DNA from: Okamejei kenojei
Lineage: Eukaryota
Assembly: GCA_035221665.1 (NCBI GenBank)
Contig: CM069132.1
Coordinates: 22,134,001-22,198,000 of the forward strand
DNA length: 64,000 nt
Reading direction: 5' to 3'
The translations under genes were made by a program, and so were the position numbers. The notes under the pieces are model-generated. The model was not told where the DNA came from, made no database searches, and saw nothing but the letters and a program-made list of their open reading frames with translations. Shown here one piece after another: positions 63,341 through 64,000 of the stretch (position 1 is its first letter; the number at the start of each line of letters is the position of its first letter).

Positions 63341-64000
63341 TTAATAATCTTAATCCATATACGGTCCCTGAACATAACTGATTTTGATGTTGTTATTAAA
63401 GCAACTATAAAACAAGTATTACTAAAATTACGTACTGTACATCAGAACTGATATGGCATCACCAAGTGGTCCACAAAAGTCTTGCAGGAATCAAGTTTGA
63501 TCATATTAACGTAAACAGTACAGCGGTATAGTTGTTAAAGTTACTGGACTGTTTTTGAGATCCGGAATATTGATTCTGAAAGGCACAACTTACCAGAGTA
63601 GCAAGGAACTTGAATTTCAAGTAATTAATAAAAAGTGTAAAATGGTGACCACGGAACTGCTTGAGTATAAAAGTTCAACAGGAAGGTGGCCTTCCTTACT
63701 TGCAACAACATGAGTGCTCATAACTGCTTTCAAATGGCCCATACAAGCAAGGTGCATTAGGCACCAATAAATGAATATCTGCAAGTATTAAAATATAACA
63801 GGAGCTACATCGGCATTCTTTTTAAATCCTAATACCAAAAGGCTTTTTGGTTATACAAACTGTGGGGTGCTGAAAGCAACAATTGTTCATCAGTACAGTA
63901 ACTGCGATTGAATACAAAAGCATAGATACTAAAGAAAGGCACACAACCGTTTAAGCAGTTCACTGATCAAAAAAGAAATGGCTCACAGGGCCCACAATAG
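63341..64000 (+). repeat. Direct, noisy duplicate of 52691-53356 (probable contig-overlap artefact)
   Basis: Shared text such as tactgtacatcagaactgatatggcatc, gatcatattaacgtaaacagtacagcggtatag and gcccacaatag, differing by scattered indels. Confidence 0.9.

Noticed and set aside
63341-64000. Real tandem or segmental duplication
   Set aside because: It starts next to a 500-N gap and differs mainly by random indels, typical of contig overlap.
1-64000. CRISPR arrays, operons or other prokaryotic systems
   Set aside because: No regularly spaced repeats or gene-dense regions. The sequence is a spliced vertebrate gene with retroelements.

Overview
This is eukaryotic (vertebrate) genomic DNA, not prokaryotic. 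The repeat content (HE1/V-type tRNA SINEs, abundant CR1, Penelope and Rex1) points to a cartilaginous fish, probably a skate or ray (inference). The whole window lies inside RBM33 on the minus strand. Seven clean, phase-compatible coding exons were reconstructed by hand, plus two more that are frameshifted inside an error-ridden stretch (~55.3-64 kb). That stretch also carries a probable false duplication after an N-gap. The introns hold a decayed class I (epsilon/gamma-like) endogenous retrovirus, non-autonomous Helitrons, a hAT element with TIRs and TSD, a Tc1/pogo-type MITE, and CR1, L2, Rex1, Penelope and SINE copies. Most interesting: (1) an apparent 2H-phosphoesterase domain (two HxT motifs) between protease and RT of the ERV; (2) a candidate stop-containing 'poison' exon of RBM33 whose 3' splice site is covered by a perfect 12-bp inverted repeat, with similar candidates in two neighbouring introns; (3) a TGA-CTG gag/pro readthrough junction, a candidate recursive splice site and a Penelope-type minimal hammerhead motif. 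All calls are by eye and no searches were run. Similarity to human RBM33 is from memory. Boundaries of old repeats are approximate.
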